Origin: Mobula hypostoma
Lineage: Eukaryota
Direction: 5' to 3'
DNA length: 64,000 bases
Assembly: GCF_963921235.1 (NCBI RefSeq)
Contig: NC_086109.1
Location: 11,966,001-12,030,000, forward strand
Shown here one piece after another: positions 1-11,625 of the stretch. A program made the translations under genes and the position numbers. Every line of letters starts with the position of its first letter. The first letter of the stretch is position 1. The notes beneath the pieces were generated by a model. It did no database searches. It had not been told where the DNA came from and was given only the letters and a program-made list of their open reading frames with translations.

Positions 1-2257
1 TGATCACAATACCATTAGTTTCAATATGGAGAAGGATAGGACTGAACGCAGAGTTGAGATTTTTGATTGGAGAAAGGTTAACTTTCAGGAGATGCGAAAG
101 GATTTAGAAGGAGTGGATTGGGACAATTTGTTTTATGGGAAGGATGTAATAGAGAAATGGAGGTCATTTAAAGGTGAAATTTTGAGGGTACGGGATCTTT
201 ATGTTCCTGTTAGGTTGAAAGGAAAGGTTAAAAGTTTGAGAGAGCCATGGTTTTCAAGGGATATAGGAAACTTGGTTTGGAAAAAGAGAGGGATTTACAA
301 TAAATATAGGCAGCTTAGAGTTAATGAGGTGCTCGAGGAGTATAGAGAATGTAAAAAGAATCATAAGAAGGAAATTAGAAAAGGTAAAAGAAGATATGAG
401 GCAGCTTTAGCAAGTAAGGTGAAAATAAATCTAAAGGGTTTCTACAATTATATAAATAGCAAAAGGATAGTGAGGGGTAAAATTGGTCCCTTAGAGAATC
501 GGAGTGGACAGCTCTGTGTGGAGCCAAAAGAGATGGGGGAGATTTCGAACAATTTCTTTTCTTCGGTATTCACTAAGGAGAAGGATATTGAATTGTGTAA
601 GGTAAAGGAAACAAGAAGGGTAGTTATGGAAAGGATGACTATTAAAGAAGAGGAAGTACTTGCACTTTTAAGGAATATAAAAGTGGATAAGTCTCTGGGT
701 CCAGACAAGATATTCCCTAGAACCTTGAGGGAAGTTAGTGTGGAAATAGCAGGGGCTCTGACAGAAATATTTCAAATGTCATTAGAAGCAGGGTTGGTGC
801 CGGGGGATTGGCGTATTGCTCATGTGGTTCCATTGTTTAAAAAGGGTTCTAAGAGCAAACCTAGCAATTATCGGCCTGTGAGTTTGACATCAGTGGTGGG
901 TAAATTGATGGAAAGTATTCTTAGAGGTGGTATATATAATTATCTGGATAGACAGGGTCTGATTAGGAACAGTCAACATGGATTTGTGCGTGGAAGGTCA
1001 GTTTGACAAATCATTGAATTTTTTGATGAGGTTACTAAGAAAGTTGAGGAGGGTAAAGTGGTGGATGTTATCTATATGGACTTCAGTAAGGCCTTTGTCA
1101 AGGTTCCACATGGAAGGTTAGTTAGGAAGGTTCCATCGTTAGGCATTAATATCGAAGTAGTAAAATGGATTCAGCAGTGGCTGGATGGGAGATGCCAGAG
1201 AGTAGTGGTGGATAACTGTGTGTCAGATTGGAGGACGGTGTGTAGCGGTGTGCCTCAGGGATCTGTACTGGGTCCAATGTTGTTTGTCATATATATTAAT
1301 GATCTGGATGATGGAGTGGTAAATTGGATTAGTAAGTATGCAGATGATACTAAAATAGGTGGTGTTGTGGATGATGAAGTAGGTTTTCAAAGCTTGCAGA
1401 GAGATTTAGGCCAGTTAGAAGAGTGGGCTGAAAGATGGCAGATGGAGTTTAATGCTGAAAAATGTGAGATGCTACATTTTGGTACGACAAATTAAAATAG
1501 GACATACATGGTAAATGGCAGGGCATTGAAGAATGCTGTAGAACAGAGGGATCTAGGAATAATGGCGCATAGTTCCCTGAAGGTGGAATCTCATGTGGAT
1601 TGGTGGTGAAGAAAGCTTATGGTATGCTGGCCTTTATCAATCAGAGCATTGAGTATAGGAGTTGGGATGTAATGTTGAAATTGTATAAGGCATTGGTAAG
1701 GCCAAATTTGGATTATTGTGCACAGTTCTGGTCACCGAATTATAGGAAAGATGTCAATGAAATTGAGGAAGTACAGAGGAGGTTTACTAAAATGTTGCCT
1801 GGGTTTCACCTCCTAAGTTACAGAGAAAGGTTGAACAAGTTAGGTCTCTATTCTTTGGAGCGTAGAAGGTTGAGAGGGGACTTGACAGAGGTGTTTAAAA
1901 TTATGAGGAGCATTGATCGAGTTGACGTGAATAGGCTTTTTCCATTGAGAGTGGGGGAAATTCAAACAAGAGGACATGAGTTGAGAGTTAAAGGGCAAAA
2001 GTTTAGGGGTAACATGAGGGGGAACTTCTTTACTCAGAGAGTGGTGGCTGTGTGGAATGATCTTCCAGCAGAAGTGGTTGAGGCAGATTTGATGTTGTCG
2101 TTTAGAGTTAAATTGGATAGATATATGGACAGGAAAGGAATGGAGGGTTATGGATCAAGTGCAGGTCGGTAGGACTGGGTGAGAGTAGGAGTTCGGCACG
2201 GACTAGAAGGGCTGAGATGGCCTGTTTCCGTGCTGTAATTGTTATATGGTTATATTA
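1..2257 (+). mobile_element. CR1-clade LINE, 5' end outside the window; ORF2 (end of endonuclease, then RT) broken into three frames
   Basis: ORFs 26-1006, 1058-1495 and 1600-2172 carry CR1 RT motifs (NYRPVSLTSVVGKLME, QHGF, YMDFSKAF, GVPQGSVLGP, YADD, LYKALVRP). The element ends in a short ttatatgg/ttatatt tail near 2240-2257. Confidence 0.95.
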
Positions 2258-3832
2258 TGACTGAGCCATTATTACAGATAGGACAATCCATAATAACAAT
2301 CCAGATGTAATATTGCAGGATAAACAAGAACAAATAAATTAGTAGGTAAAGCCATTCCGATGACAAACAGCATACATAGGTCAATAATGGAAAAACACGA
2401 GAAATATGCTGGATTAAAAGAGGAAATGGAAATTGTATGGATCGTGAACAGGATATACATTGCACCAACAGTAATATCTACACAATTAGGCAACACAGCA
2501 ATATTTATGTAAGTCTCCAGAAGTTTACAATAAAAAACATCACAAGATGTCAACCATAGATGTTGTGTCCCAGGTGTCTACATGATAAAAAAAAAGCCAG
2601 TACAATATGGAGAGCAAGCTGTTGCCCATCTAACAGGCTCCTGCTCTCTCCACAGCTGATGACTGCAAAGTAAGGGCAGAGACAGGTACAGTTTTGCACC
2701 AGTGGTATCACAGGAGTTGCCAATCAGCATTGAACTCAACGTAGGACTGCCAGAGGGACACCAGCTCCAGACAGTCCCCAGGCCTGACCCATTAGTGAGT
2801 GTAGCTACAAGGCAGCATCGGTTGGAGTCGTGGCGTCGTCCCAAGAAAGTGAGGCAGGCACAAAAGTTCCATTTAAGAAGCACTTGGATAGGAACATGGA
2901 GGGGCAAGGCTTAGAGAGCTATGGACTGAATGCAGGAAATCAGAATTAGAATTAATATCACTGCCCTATGTCGTGAAAAAGAAATGTGTGCATGTGTGTA
3001 AAATATATTAAATAACAAATGCAAAAACAGAGGAAATTGTGTGCATGGGATCGGAGTCCATTTAGATATCTGATGGTGGAGGGGAAGAAGCAGTTTCTAA
3101 AATGTTGAGTGTGTCTTCAGGCTGCTACACCTCCTTCTTGATGGTAACAATGAGGAGAGGGCATGTCCCGGGTGAAGGGGGTTCTTAATGATGGTTGTAG
3201 CCTTTTGAAGGTGTCCTCAATGCTGCATTAATACAGGACACAGCCACTTAATGGCTCCCTTGATCATATCCTGAAGCCATCGTTAAATACAATTTAACAT
3301 CAGCATTCATCTGCTGTCTCACCCAGCGAGTGGCAGTTCTGTGCATGCAATGCCTTGTTAATGAGAGAAGTTAAAGGTGCGGGAAACCAGGACTTTTTAA
3401 AAATAATACTTTTCATATGATTTGTACTTTTTAGTAAACTCATGTATTTTTCACCATATGTGCTGGCTTGTCGCCACTGACTGACAGAAAGCGGTATAGC
3501 AATTAAACTAATGGTTTATCAGCTTCCTCATTTTTCATTGGCTAAATATTAGCACATTACCCATGTGAGGTAATTGTTTTAATTAGGTAGCCTATTAGCT
3601 AGTTTATTTCTATCAAAGGAACTTTCCTTATCTTCACTATAAAAAATAATGGATTTTTCAGAGGCACCATAATTTTGTTTTCACATTCTTTGCCATTCAT
3701 TTAGCTCCTCGCACCATTTTTCAGCTCCTTATTTAGTTTGCTTAGCATTTGTATGTTTGTTTGCACTCCAGAATAAATGATCATTAGAATTAATTCTGCT
3801 CATCATTCCTGACTTCCAGAAGAACTGAACGA

Positions 3833-4069
3833 TTAGAAAATAAACAGAGGTCCATTAGAGGACAATGGTCAGACTGGTTCAAGCTGACAGGAAGGTGACA
3901 GTAACTCAAATAACCACGCATTACAACAGTGGCTGCAGAAGAACCATTCTCAGTGCACAACAGGCCAACACGCATGCTTTTAAGTATCGAGTTGCTGCCA
4001 CATGATTGGCAGATTAGGTATTTGCATTAACAAGGTGTATTGGTGTACCTAATAAAGTGGCCACTGAGT
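3833..4069 (+). mobile_element. Tc1-like non-autonomous element, right part
   Basis: Ends in aataaagtggccactgag followed by TA. The same terminus and internal sequence occur at 44190-44731 and 58079-59172. Confidence 0.65.
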
Positions 4070-4153
4070 ATAACTCTTCTGCCTTAATCAATCCACATAA
4101 TTTCTTTATCAACCTTATTCTGAGTTCTCTGCAGTAGCAGGAGAGAAAGCGTT

Positions 4154-4366
4154 CTATTTCGGCTTTGTGCATTGGGTTTGAAATTTGATATCTGTATAGG
4201 TTACATTGTCCCCATCAGTAACGGAGTGGACTGCGCTTGATTTCACTTTAAATTTCACATCTGCATACACAATACCATTTTCATTGGTAGTCGATTGGGC
4301 AACTTTATTGTTTCAAACATGGAGTAGATTTGTATAAGTGACATTTTCTTCCAACGTGGCCATTTC
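4154..4366 (-). CDS. Terminal cytoplasmic exon of an Ig-superfamily inhibitory receptor with three ITIMs; in-frame TGA at 4313-4315
   Basis: Acceptor ttttatttcag|GAA, phase 0. Translation EMATLEENVTYTNLLHV*NNKVAQSTTNENGIVYADVKFKVKSSAVHSVTDGDNVTYTDIKFQTQCTKPK*. ITIM-consensus motifs VTYTNL, IVYADV, VTYTDI. Confidence 0.85.
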
Positions 4367-5589
4367 CTGAAATAAAAAATAAATTCCATGATCTATTTTA
4401 TGACTGATGAATGTGAAGGGAGAGGGTGTGAAAGTTATTGGGAAGAAGGCAGGATAATGAGAAATGGAAAATAAATCAGCCATGATTGAAGGATGGAGCA
4501 GTCTTGATGGGCCAAATAGCCTAATTCTGCTCCTATGGTCTGAAGTTCTCGGATTATGGTCCTATGGTCATAAGTTCTTGGATTTTTTTTTTTTATTAGC
4601 CATCTTATGTGTATACCTTCAGTTCTACTCTCATCTGTAAGTGGCAACACCTTCCTTAGTCTTGCAGACATCTATCAGATCACCCTCGGTTTTCTCTCTT
4701 TAAATAAACCCTGATCAACTTGTAGAATATAATTTTCCATAATGTTTGATAACAGCTTATGGCTCAGTGGCAGGGATCCTTAGAGAGGACCCGCTACTAA
4801 ATGTACAACATTGGCATGTTGCTTTACAACACCAACACACTAAACTGGTCCTAGGTGTTTCACAGGGGTTTAGCAAGAGAAGAGGTTGAAAATGAACTTG
4901 GGAATTATTTTCACAAACTGCAATATCTTTAGGGTTTACAGTCAGAATGGTTTGTCGTAGGAGGTTAATTGATCACATGGGTGTAATTAGGTGGCTCGTG
5001 GGTCGGAAGGACCGGTTACGCTGCTGTATCTAGAACGAACAAAAGTTATGAGGATAGAATTGCAGGAGTTCATGGATTTGTGGGATTTGTCTAGTGTGTG
5101 GGTTTTGGGCAACTGAAGCTACTGACATTGGTGGTGGGATTCAGAGACTGGAAGATGCACAAGAGGAACACACAGTCCTCTGAGGGTACAGCTCTTGGAG
5201 AGAAAGTGATGCCCACAAGGGAAAATGTACGGCAGAGCAGAATCCTTTAACAATCTCCACCTTGCAGTTACCTTTGGGAAAGTGAAAGACAACTGATGAA
5301 ATTGAGAAAATAATTGAAGCTCTTTGATAATATTGACTAATTATTCAATTAGTAAAATGTTAAATCAATTGGGATGCTAATTAAGGTAATTATACACAAG
5401 CATTCCAAAATCTGTGGAAAATATCACAAAAAAGATCGTTGATAACAGAGCCAAGAGACAATAGACTATTCATACTGGTGTCAGGATTGAGGGGTAGCGT
5501 GAGAAAGTGGGTGGGTGAGGTCAGCACAGAACAGATATTTACTTATTTAGGGATACAGCATGGAAACAGGCCATTCTGGCCCAACAAGT

Positions 5590-5780
5590 CCACATCTCCT
5601 AGTTAAACTCATGTGACCAAATTAACATACTAACCTCTTTGGAATGTGGGAGGAACCTGGAGCATCTAGAGGAGACCCACATTGTCACAGGAAAAGCATA
5701 CAAGTTCTTTACAGACAACGGCGGAATTAAACCCAGTTAACTGGCTTTTTAATAGCATTCTGCTAACCGCTATGCTGCCG
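5590..5780 (-). mobile_element. HE1-like tRNA-derived SINE fragment
   Basis: Contains ctttggaatgtgggaggaacctggagca...gagacccac, the reverse complement of the SINE core seen repeatedly in this window. Confidence 0.6.
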
Positions 5781-6128
5781 TGCCTCCCCCAGTTTATTAT
5801 TCTGAATATACCTGCACTCATTTTTCTGATTTCACATCAGGGTTTGAGACTCAGAGGGAATGTAGAAAATGTAAACTGAAAAGTCATTGAACCCAAAGAC
5901 AGATTTACATAATTAGACATTCCATCAACCCAAAACTTTGACTGTACTTTTTTTCCATAGGTGCTACCTGGCCAGCTGAGTTCCTCCAGCATCTTGTGTG
6001 TGTTGCTTCGAAAGGACCAATCTCACTTTTCACCCTTCAGTAACAATAAAAAAAGATGTGGAGCCACTTTGAAGAATAGTTATGTAAGATATTATGGATA
6101 GACTTAAGGAAAAACTGGATTAAATTTT

Positions 6129-6415
6129 AAGGTATCCGTTAGTCTTGCGAGACCATGGATCTGCGCCTGGAAAGTCTTCACTCTCCAGGGTGCAGGCCTG
6201 GGCAAGTTTGTATGCTGCAAGGCTCCCCTCTCCATGCACTGATGTTGTCCAAGGGAAGGGCATTAGGACCCATACAGCTTGGCACCAGTGTTGTCACAGA
6301 GCAATGTGTGATTAAGTGCCTTGGTCAAGGACACAACACGTTGCCTCGGCTGGCGCTCGGACTCACGACCTTCAGATCATTAGTTGAATGCCTTAACTAT
6401 TTGGCCATGTGCCCA
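6129..6415 (-). mobile_element. tRNA-derived SINE
   Basis: Minus strand begins with a tRNA-like head (tggccaaatagttaaggcattcaactaatgatctgaaggtcgtgagtccgagc) followed by gtgtccttgaccaaggcacttaatc. The head is shared with 8026-8315. Confidence 0.6.
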
Positions 6416-6615
6416 AAAGCTGGATAAACCCAAGAGAAAGGGACATATAACTGGAAGGATATGCTGATGGGATTCAATGAGAGGAGTGTTCAGAGGTTTC
6501 TGTAACATATTAATACCAGACTGGATTAGTGGGGTTGGATGATCTGTAAACTCCCATGTGATCCAATTGTTAAATATTCTGAAACATTCAGACAATTTAT
6601 ACTTCATGTCCATAC

Positions 6616-6662
6616 CTGGGTATTATTATTGCCTTCTCTGTGAGATGTGTTGGGCTTCCATT
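6616..6662 (-). CDS. First cytoplasmic exon of the inhibitory receptor (47 nt, phase 1 to 0)
   Basis: Acceptor gtattttccag|AA, donor CAG|gtatgg. Reads (E)WKPNTSHREGNNNTQ. The phase fits both the TM exon upstream and the ITIM exon downstream. Confidence 0.75.
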
Positions 6663-6724
6663 CTGGAAAATACAATATTATTGAAAAAAATTTCATGTCA
6701 AGAACAGACAAACATTTATTGATC

Positions 6725-7010
6725 GATTGATACAGCAGAGTCAGCCCCAGCAGCCCTTTGAGTTTCGCCACCCCAGCAACCCCTGACAAACCAGATTAGC
6801 CCTATCCTAATCACGGGATAATTTCCATTGATCAATTCACCTACCTGGTATGTCTTTGGACTGTGGGATGAAACTGGAGGACCCAGAGTGTATCCATGCA
6901 TCCCACAGGGAGGACATACATAGACTCCTTTCAGAATGGCTCTGGAATTGAACTGCAAACTCCAGAATGCCCCAAGCTGCAATAGCTTTGCGTGAACCGC
7001 TAGGTTACCA
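6725..7010 (-). mobile_element. HE1-like SINE
   Basis: Contains gtctttggactgtgggatgaaactggaggacccagag...ctccagaatgccccaagctg, as in the copy at 9390-9607. Confidence 0.6.
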
Positions 7011-8007
7011 TGGCCCCCATACTGAATTTCAGAACCACGGGAACCCCAGCTGCAACACAGTAATGATTCTCCACACAGAGCAAACCTCTGCTCTGGTTAC
7101 CACTCAATATTTAGAAAGGATCACATTGTTTTATCCACCACCTTCTCTGCCACTGAAAACTGATGTTTTCCATCTTTGTACATTGTAATGAAGAGTTTGG
7201 ATTTGAAATTTTGTTTTTCTTTTTATTGCTACAAATTCTGTCTGATTAACCGTGCATTTTCTGTGCGTGTTTTTAGGTAATATTTCTCCTTCACAATATG
7301 ATGCAGAAGATTTCCTTACAATGTTCACACTGCCCCATGAAAATCTCACTGATCTCTCCAGGGCTCTGTGGCAGATTGCCCCTCAGGAAGAAGGAACAAA
7401 CTGTCCAAAATAAAAATCACCTCGTTTTCCAACTGACCATTAAAACCATCTTTTGAATTCAACACTGAGCTCAACAATTTCATACAGAGTCCATGTGTCC
7501 CATCCTCAATGAACAGTTTTGATGACCTTGGACAATTAGTGAAAGTTATGTCCCCCCGATATGGTTTGCTATTTTATTTTTAGCAACTAGAAATCACTGC
7601 TTACTTGTAAGTTTACAGCTGTTGTTCATTCCTTACTACTGTGTTTCTAAGCAATTGACCTTCGACATCAGGTCAGCCATTTTATAATTGCTTGATTATT
7701 TACTCATTCATTTGTCAGAAATACTTTGTTAGGACTCAAAGGGACTTTAATCAATATTTGAATCCATCTCTCATGAGAACACCTCGTTTTGCTCAGCTCC
7801 TGGCTTACTGTAATGAGTTGGTGAACAATAAAATTGCCTTAAAACTACAACTACACCTGGACTGGAGTTTACCTACCTGCCTACCTTAAGAAAACAGGGA
7901 AAACTCTTGAGTGAGGGCAGAATAGTGGATGTTGAATTGTGAACAGATTTCATTTCCCAAAGCATGGTTCCAATTTTTTTTTTATTTTTATTTTTTATTA
8001 ATAGCAG

Positions 8008-8410
8008 TTAACCATAAAAAGAGAAGTCAAAAGTTAAAGTCTGTCCCGAGCCTTATAGGTGCCTGTGCTGGTTTCCATCACGTGAAGCAACTGAAAGTAC
8101 AAGACTCCCCCCCCCCCCCCCCCACCGGATAGGATGCCAGTGTATCGCGAGGTTAACCCCCAGCATTTTGCCGGTACCCGTTTTCAGCTGGGTGGACTGG
8201 AGCATTGTGTGGTTAAGTGCCTTGCTCAAGGACACACACACTGTGCCTCGGCTGGGGCTCAAACTCACGACTTTCAGATCGCTAGTCCAACACTTTAACC
8301 ACTTGGCCATACGCCACCATAAAAAGAGAAATGTCAAAGAAAATCAAGAGCAGTACACTCTGCTACTGATGAGGATAATGTCACTGATGCAGAAATCAAA
8401 TTTCAAAGCC
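8008..8410 (+). pseudogene. Inverted, degenerate copy of the ITIM exon, interrupted by a SINE
   Basis: 8339-8408 reads RKSRAVHSATDEDNVTDAEIKFQ, about 56/70 nt identical to VKSSAVHSVTDGDNVTYTDIKFQ of exon 4154-4366 but on the opposite strand. The ITIM Tyr is GAT (Asp). A T-rich tract and cag acceptor lie at 7975-8007. Confidence 0.7.
8026..8315 (-). mobile_element. tRNA-derived SINE (V-SINE-like core) with 15-bp TSD
   Basis: TSD accataaaaagagaa at 8011-8025 and 8316-8330. tRNA-like head at the right end; core ccacccagctgaaaacgggtaccggc. Confidence 0.8.
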
Positions 8411-8779
8411 CGCCCATCTTTAAATCTTCATTTATCCTATTACCACCCACCTTTTGCCTCACACATCATCTTTCCTGACATTTTTTCTGTCTTGTACTCC
8501 CTCAGAAACCCTCTCTTTTGTGCTTCCTTCTCTACTTCCTCTGCAGCTCAAGACTTGTTATCGCTCACTTTCCAGTTCTGATGTAAGGTCATTGCCTTGA
8601 AGGATCAGCTGTTCCTTTTTCCACAGCTGCCATCTGACATGCTGAGCGTTCCTAGCACTTTTCTGCCAATATCTCGGGTATTTATCATTTAGGGAATTTC
8701 TCTTTGGAAAAGAATGCACTCCTTCTGTTCAGATCTTTGCAACAAATAAGTACTAGGAGATAATACTACGCTGAAAGTA

Positions 8780-8910
8780 NNNNNNNNNNNNNNNNNNNNN
8801 NNNNNNNNNNNNNNNNNNNNNNNNNNNNNNNNNNNNNNNNNNNNNNNNNNNNNNNNNNNNNNNNNNNNNNNNNNNNNNNNNNNNNNNNNNNNNNNNNNNN
8901 NNNNNNNNNN
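8780..8910. other. Assembly gap (131 N)
   Basis: Run of N. It lies inside the intron between the TM exon and the first cytoplasmic exon. Confidence 1.
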
Positions 8911-9141
8911 CTCGGGGAGAAGTCGAATTATTAGTTGTTATAGTATTCAACTAGTGAGTTATATTCCATCAGCCAGTGAGTTAGAGGCTGCAGCGGCTTT
9001 ATTTTCCAGTGATCAACCCCATTTCCCCATCTGATAATAACACATAGATAACCACTGTACTCGTTGTTCTCTTCACTGGTTTACGAAGTCTATTTAAGGG
9101 ACACCAGATTATTTATTTATTGATTTATGTAGTGGTACATC

Positions 9142-9347
9142 GAGCCACTTAACCATACACTGCTCCAGTCCGCCCAGCTGAAAATGGGTACCGGCAAATG
9201 CTGGGGGTTAACCTCGCGATAGACTAGCATCCTATTCGGGGTGTTGGCGGGGGGGGGTGTCTCATACTCAGTCGCTTCACGCCACGGAAACTGGCATAAG
9301 CACCGGCCTGATGGGCCACTAGGCTCGCGACAGTCTTTAACTTTAAC
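9142..9347 (+). mobile_element. 5'-truncated copy of the same SINE family as 8026-8315
   Basis: Contains cacttaaccatacactgctccagtccgcccagctgaaaatgggtaccggcaaatgctggggg...ctttaactttaac. Confidence 0.7.
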
Positions 9348-9389
9348 ATCATGGAGTAAGCCCTTCCATCCCTTTGGTCCACGCTGACG

Positions 9390-9607
9390 CAGCAACTCCG
9401 ACAAACCTGATTAACATGGGACAATTTACAATGACTAACTAACATACTGTACTCGGTGTGTCTTTGGACTGTGGGAGGAAACTGGTATACCCCGGAAAAA
9501 CCCACACGTTCAATGGGGAGCATGTGGAGGCTCCTTACAGACTGCGTCAGAATTGAACTCTGAACTCCAAAATGCCCCGAGCTGTAATATCGTCACGCTA
9601 ACCGCTA
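9390..9607 (-). mobile_element. HE1-like SINE
   Basis: Contains gtgtctttggactgtgggaggaaactgg...cacgctaaccgctac. Confidence 0.6.
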
Positions 9608-9640
9608 CATAAAAAATAATTGAAGGGAAAAGGAACCTAC

Positions 9641-9732
9641 CCCTATTCTTTCTCCTCAGGTAGCAAAGTAGACAAACGACAAGTAGTACGAGTAGAATCC
9701 CAATGACACCGAGCACAATTATGTAAGTGTGT
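9641..9732 (-). CDS. Transmembrane exon without a charged residue (92 nt, phase 2 to 1)
   Basis: Acceptor ttctttaccacag|A, donor G|gtaggt. Reads HTYIIVLGVIGILLVLLVVCLLCYLRRKNR: about 22 hydrophobic residues followed by a basic stop-transfer cluster. Confidence 0.88.
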
Positions 9733-10461
9733 CTGTGGTAAAGAATAGGAAAAGGTCAGTCCTGGTTCACCACTTATTCTTTGCCATTTGTAAAGTCTGA
9801 CATTTACACAGCATTTTTCATGAGCTCAGGATGTCTGCAGCTCAGAAAATGAACATTAGACACTTTTGACAGTGTGGGAAATTGCAGGAGCCAATCTGCT
9901 CACAGCAAGGTCTCACAAGCAGAAATGAGATCATGACCAATGATAGTGATGTTGGTTAGTGTGTAACTATTGTCCAGGCCATTTGGGAACCCTCACATGT
10001 TCTTTTACAAACATTTCATTGGAACTGTTACATTAAAGGATTGATTGGTGGTTTCTTCTCTGACAGACAGCACTGCTGACCATGTAGCCAAACCTCTTCT
10101 TTACACGGCCCCCATGGTTTTCTTTGTTTCATGGCTGTCTGGACTCTTGTTTGGCTTGGACGGGTCAGGCTGAGGAGCCTGATGTTCTAATTTTCAACAA
10201 TGACTTTCTAACTCAATACACAAGCTTCAACAGCTTTGCATAAATTATTAAATATTGAGGGTAAGAAAACTATCTTTGTTCTGAGGCTTGACCCATGTCT
10301 AGGAAAATCAGGAATACTCAGTTTCCAATACAGGATTTCATTGAAGTTAATCATGTCAAATGTGCTTAACACCGGTTAAAGAGAAACCAATTTCCCTCCC
10401 GACTGTTCTATTTGGAAGTAGTAGCAGTGAAACCACCTGTAGAGAGAACATTATACTTTAC

Positions 10462-10540
10462 ATTTTATCTGATGCAGATTCTTTCCCTTGTGCAGTTGTC
10501 ATGGATTCAGTCACAGTATTTTCACAGAAATGAATTGGCC
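10462..10540 (-). CDS. Ser/Thr-rich stalk exon (79 nt, phase 1 to 2)
   Basis: Acceptor ttttcttttaacag|GG, donor AT|gtaaag. Reads PIHFCENTVTESMTTAQGKESASDK. The phase joins a phase-1 Ig exon to the phase-2 TM exon. Confidence 0.8.
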
Positions 10541-11261
10541 CTGTTAAAAGAAAATAAAACTTAATATCATCTGCTTTGCACTTGCAAGAACAAGGGAGCA
10601 CAATTGATCGACCCATAGGCACTTGATAATGGTGGAGAAAGGTAATCTGGTACTCAATACACTTTTAATGATGAAAGATGAGATTTGTCACACATGCATC
10701 AGATCATACAGTCAAATGAATCGTTTGCAACAGCAACCAACAGAATATGTACTGGGGGCAGCCTGCAAGTGTTTCATGCTTCCAGAACCAAAATAGCTTG
10801 CCTACGAATTACTTATCCGAACCTGTGTGTCTCTGAAATGTGGGAGGAAACTGGAGCACCTGGAGGGTGCCCACACAGGGAGTATGTACAAGAAACTTGC
10901 AAACAGTGGTGGGAATTGGACCCTGATTACTGATGGCTGCAGGTGTAATGATGTTATGCTAATTGTGTACCCAATTACATTTACAGACAGTTTACATTCT
11001 TTCCCATATTCAGGCAATGGTGGTATGGAGATGCGGCTGGGGAAGTTAAAGGCCTGAGGAAAATATAATCCTATTTAAGTGTGTGTAATCTAAAGGGAAA
11101 GGCCTAGCCAGGGAGCTGGCCTCTGCCAGCATGGGAAGATCTACTTTTGGGGCCCCATCACCCTCTGCAAATGTGGTCAAAGCTGTACTTGAGTATTCAG
11201 TGAGATACTTTTTATCCAACAGGATAATGCAGGAGTTTTCCTCAATAAAAAGGCAAGCTTT

Positions 11262-11395
11262 GTTAGCACTCAACGCGCTGGAGGAACTCAGCAGGTCGGG
11301 CAGCATCAGTGGAAAAGATCGGTCGACGTTTCAGGCCAGAACCCTTCGTCCAGGAGTGTTGCTTTGACCCCAGCATCTGCAGATTATTTTGTGTT
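11262..11395 (+). repeat. Penelope-derived short interspersed repeat
   Basis: Contains gctggaggaactcagcaggtcgggcagcatc...cagcatctgcagattattttgtgtt. Related copies occur near 40.9 kb, 49.9 kb and 58.7 kb, the last attached to a GIY-YIG remnant. Confidence 0.6.
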
Positions 11396-11440
11396 CAAGC
11401 TTTGTTAAAGCAATATACAGAAAACCAATACACCATGGCT

Positions 11441-11620
11441 GCCATGGTAGCGTAGTGGTTAGAGTGACACTATTACAGCTCAGGGCTTACTGGAGTTTGG
11501 AGTTCAGTTCCAGCAGTCTCTGTATGTCCTCACCATGGTGTGGGTTTTCTCCGGGTCCTCCAGTTTCCTCCCACAGTCCATGTAGCAGGTAAGTTAATTG
11601 GTCCCTGTAATTTGTTCCAT
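11441..11620 (+). mobile_element. HE1-like SINE
   Basis: Contains ggtagcgtagtggttagagtgacactattacagctcaggg...cctccagtttcctcccacagtcca. Confidence 0.6.
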
Positions 11621-11625
11621 GATGA

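Noticed and set aside
6330-6415. tRNA-like sequences here and at 8230-8315
   Set aside because: They are SINE heads continuous with SINE bodies (one with a TSD), not tRNA genes.
7277-7413. Plus-strand acceptor (tttttag) followed by GNISPSQYDAEDFLTMFTLPHENLTDLSRALWQIAPQEEGTNCPK*
   Set aside because: No recognisable homology and no partner exons. It could belong with the inverted relic at 8 kb, but nothing in the sequence links them.
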